Of a stretch of DNA of 64,000 nt, positions 62,360 to 64,000 are shown piece after piece (position 1 is the first letter of the stretch; each line of letters opens with the position of its first letter). Where the stretch lies: the NCBI RefSeq assembly GCF_018350175.1, contig NC_058368.1, positions 39,744,001-39,808,000 on the forward strand. The letters run 5' to 3'. A program made the translations under genes and the position numbers. The notes below the pieces were generated by a model, which worked only from the letters and a program-made list of their open reading frames with translations, had not been told where the DNA came from and searched no databases. The stretch is from Felis catus (taxonomy: Eukaryota).

Positions 62360-62810
62360 TAAGCATTCACCAAAAAACAGATGACACACTGAAATGGGGC
62401 AATTTGAAAAGAGTTGAATAAGGAAGAGACTATTTACAAAGGTTGATCTGAGAAAATCCAGAAGGGCTTGTATAGTACTCTGGGGGCTAATGGTTGCCAT
62501 TATAATCCCTAAGTCTATGGGAAGGAGCAGTTACCATGAACCATAGAGAAGACTTCCAGAAATAGAATTGTGTTAAGAAAGCTCTGTTCTTCAGTAAAGT
62601 GTTGCAGACAGCATATGGTGATCTTAGTGAAAAGGATCCAGGGCCATAAATATCCCAGCATTACTTTCTTCTTGCTCTCTAGACTTCATTCTGGGGTCTC
62701 TCATTATGAAATCCAACTGGAAGTAAGAGGGCATGGGAGATTCTTGATCCAGTTCATATAGTTTAAGCTCACGATGGTAGAAAGCAAAGTGGAAAAATAC
62801 GAATAATGGA
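62360..62810 (-). mobile_element. LTR33-like ERVL LTR
   Basis: AACAGATGACACACTGAAATGGGGCAATTTGA...GACTATTTACAAAGGT...ATAAATATCCCAG...CCAACTGGAAGTAAGAGGGCATGGGAG. Confidence 0.6.
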
Positions 62811-64000
62811 ACCAAGGCAATTATTTGAAGATACGTAACACAGGTAGAATGCCAAGAATCAATCATGAGACAGCAAAGAAGAAATGTTTAGTAGCCTGGA
62901 GTTCAAGGAAAAGATAACCATAACTAATAAAAAGCAGAGAATACCAGCATATATCTGATATATAAAACCATGTAGCTGGATGTGTAGTTTCTAATAAAAA
63001 GGTGTCAAAAGTCTCATATGTAGGTTTATCTAGAATTAGGAGCCCTGGCCTTCCCTTAGCTTTGGTGTTCACTCCACTTGGAGGACCATTAAATCGACTT
63101 GATAATCTTGAATTGTCAATAAGTAAATTAGACATCTTAAAGTAAAACTTCCCAAAGGTTCTCTAGCACCAACTTAAATTTAGAAAGGTCTTTAAATCTC
63201 TGTAATGATTGTTGTAAGGCCAACTGAATACATACATATATTGTAATTTGTCAGATTGGCTTCATTTACGTATTTATTCTCTTGCTAATGAGTGTTACCT
63301 TGTGGGAGGTACTGAACCATACTCTGTGATGACATATTACTCTATTGGTCCTCTCTCTCTCAGTCAGCTCCTGCGTACAGGTTATGTAAATAAATGGCAG
63401 GACAAGTGTCAATGAATAGTCTTCTTGTTCATCTACCAACTTACCTCCCTGAAAAATATCTTTGTTACCTTAAAAGTAAAGAAGAATGGAAACAAAATTT
63501 ACTTTCTAGCAGGGCCTACGTCTAAGAAGTATATATGATATTATTTTGACCATTCAATTATATACTCACCTTCACTCTGATCTGGATATAATTTTGTGTT
63601 TCATGGTGTATGAAGGTCAATTACCAATATTATACATGCCTTTGAAGTATGATTATTTATAACAAGAGCTCCCATGAGTTTTTCAGTTCCTCAGTTATTT
63701 TATAGTTATGAACAATTACCACACATTCAGTTTACTCTTTATGATACTGAAAAATCATTTCAGGGACACTTACATTGGTGCTTTTCCTTCCTACAAAATC
63801 TGCAGAGGTCTGAAATCTTTATTAAAGTTTAAGGTCACTTTCACACAATCTGTATATGTTTAGCAAAGAAATGCAGTGTCCCTCCTGATGTTGGATATTT
63901 GGTTTTAGGTCCTCATGAGAATTCTTAGTCATAAATTCACTAACAATTTTCCTTGTAACTTCCATAACTGAAAATCACCCCTTAACATTCAGTGTTGCCT

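Overview
AT-rich, CpG-poor mammalian genomic DNA from a carnivore, most likely a felid: the CAN-SINEs carry the SINEC_Fc-type head GGGGCGCCTGGGTGGCGCAGTCGGTTAAGCGTCCGACTTCAGCCAGGTC. I find no supportable host protein-coding exon, rRNA, true tRNA or CRISPR array, so the window looks intergenic or deep-intronic. It holds about 33 tRNA-derived CAN-SINEs, LINE-1 fragments of several ages (two of them apparently internally deleted), LINE-2 relics, ERV1/ERVL/MaLR LTRs, two degraded ERV-L-type internal segments, a MER45-like DNA transposon and microsatellites. The most unusual structure is at 50926-51586. Two young SINEs sit head-to-head around one TTTAAAA target, and between them a 5-copy, 40-bp minisatellite has formed from the target site plus the fused palindromic SINE heads. 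The two SINEs also share a variant not seen in the other young copies here. Other oddities are a SINE with a duplicated B-box, serial insertion into one TSD, two old local duplications, a fold-back palindromic repeat and a CpG cluster inside an ancient LTR. Repeat family names come from my recall of consensus sequences, not from a database search; subfamily labels and the boundaries of old elements are approximate.
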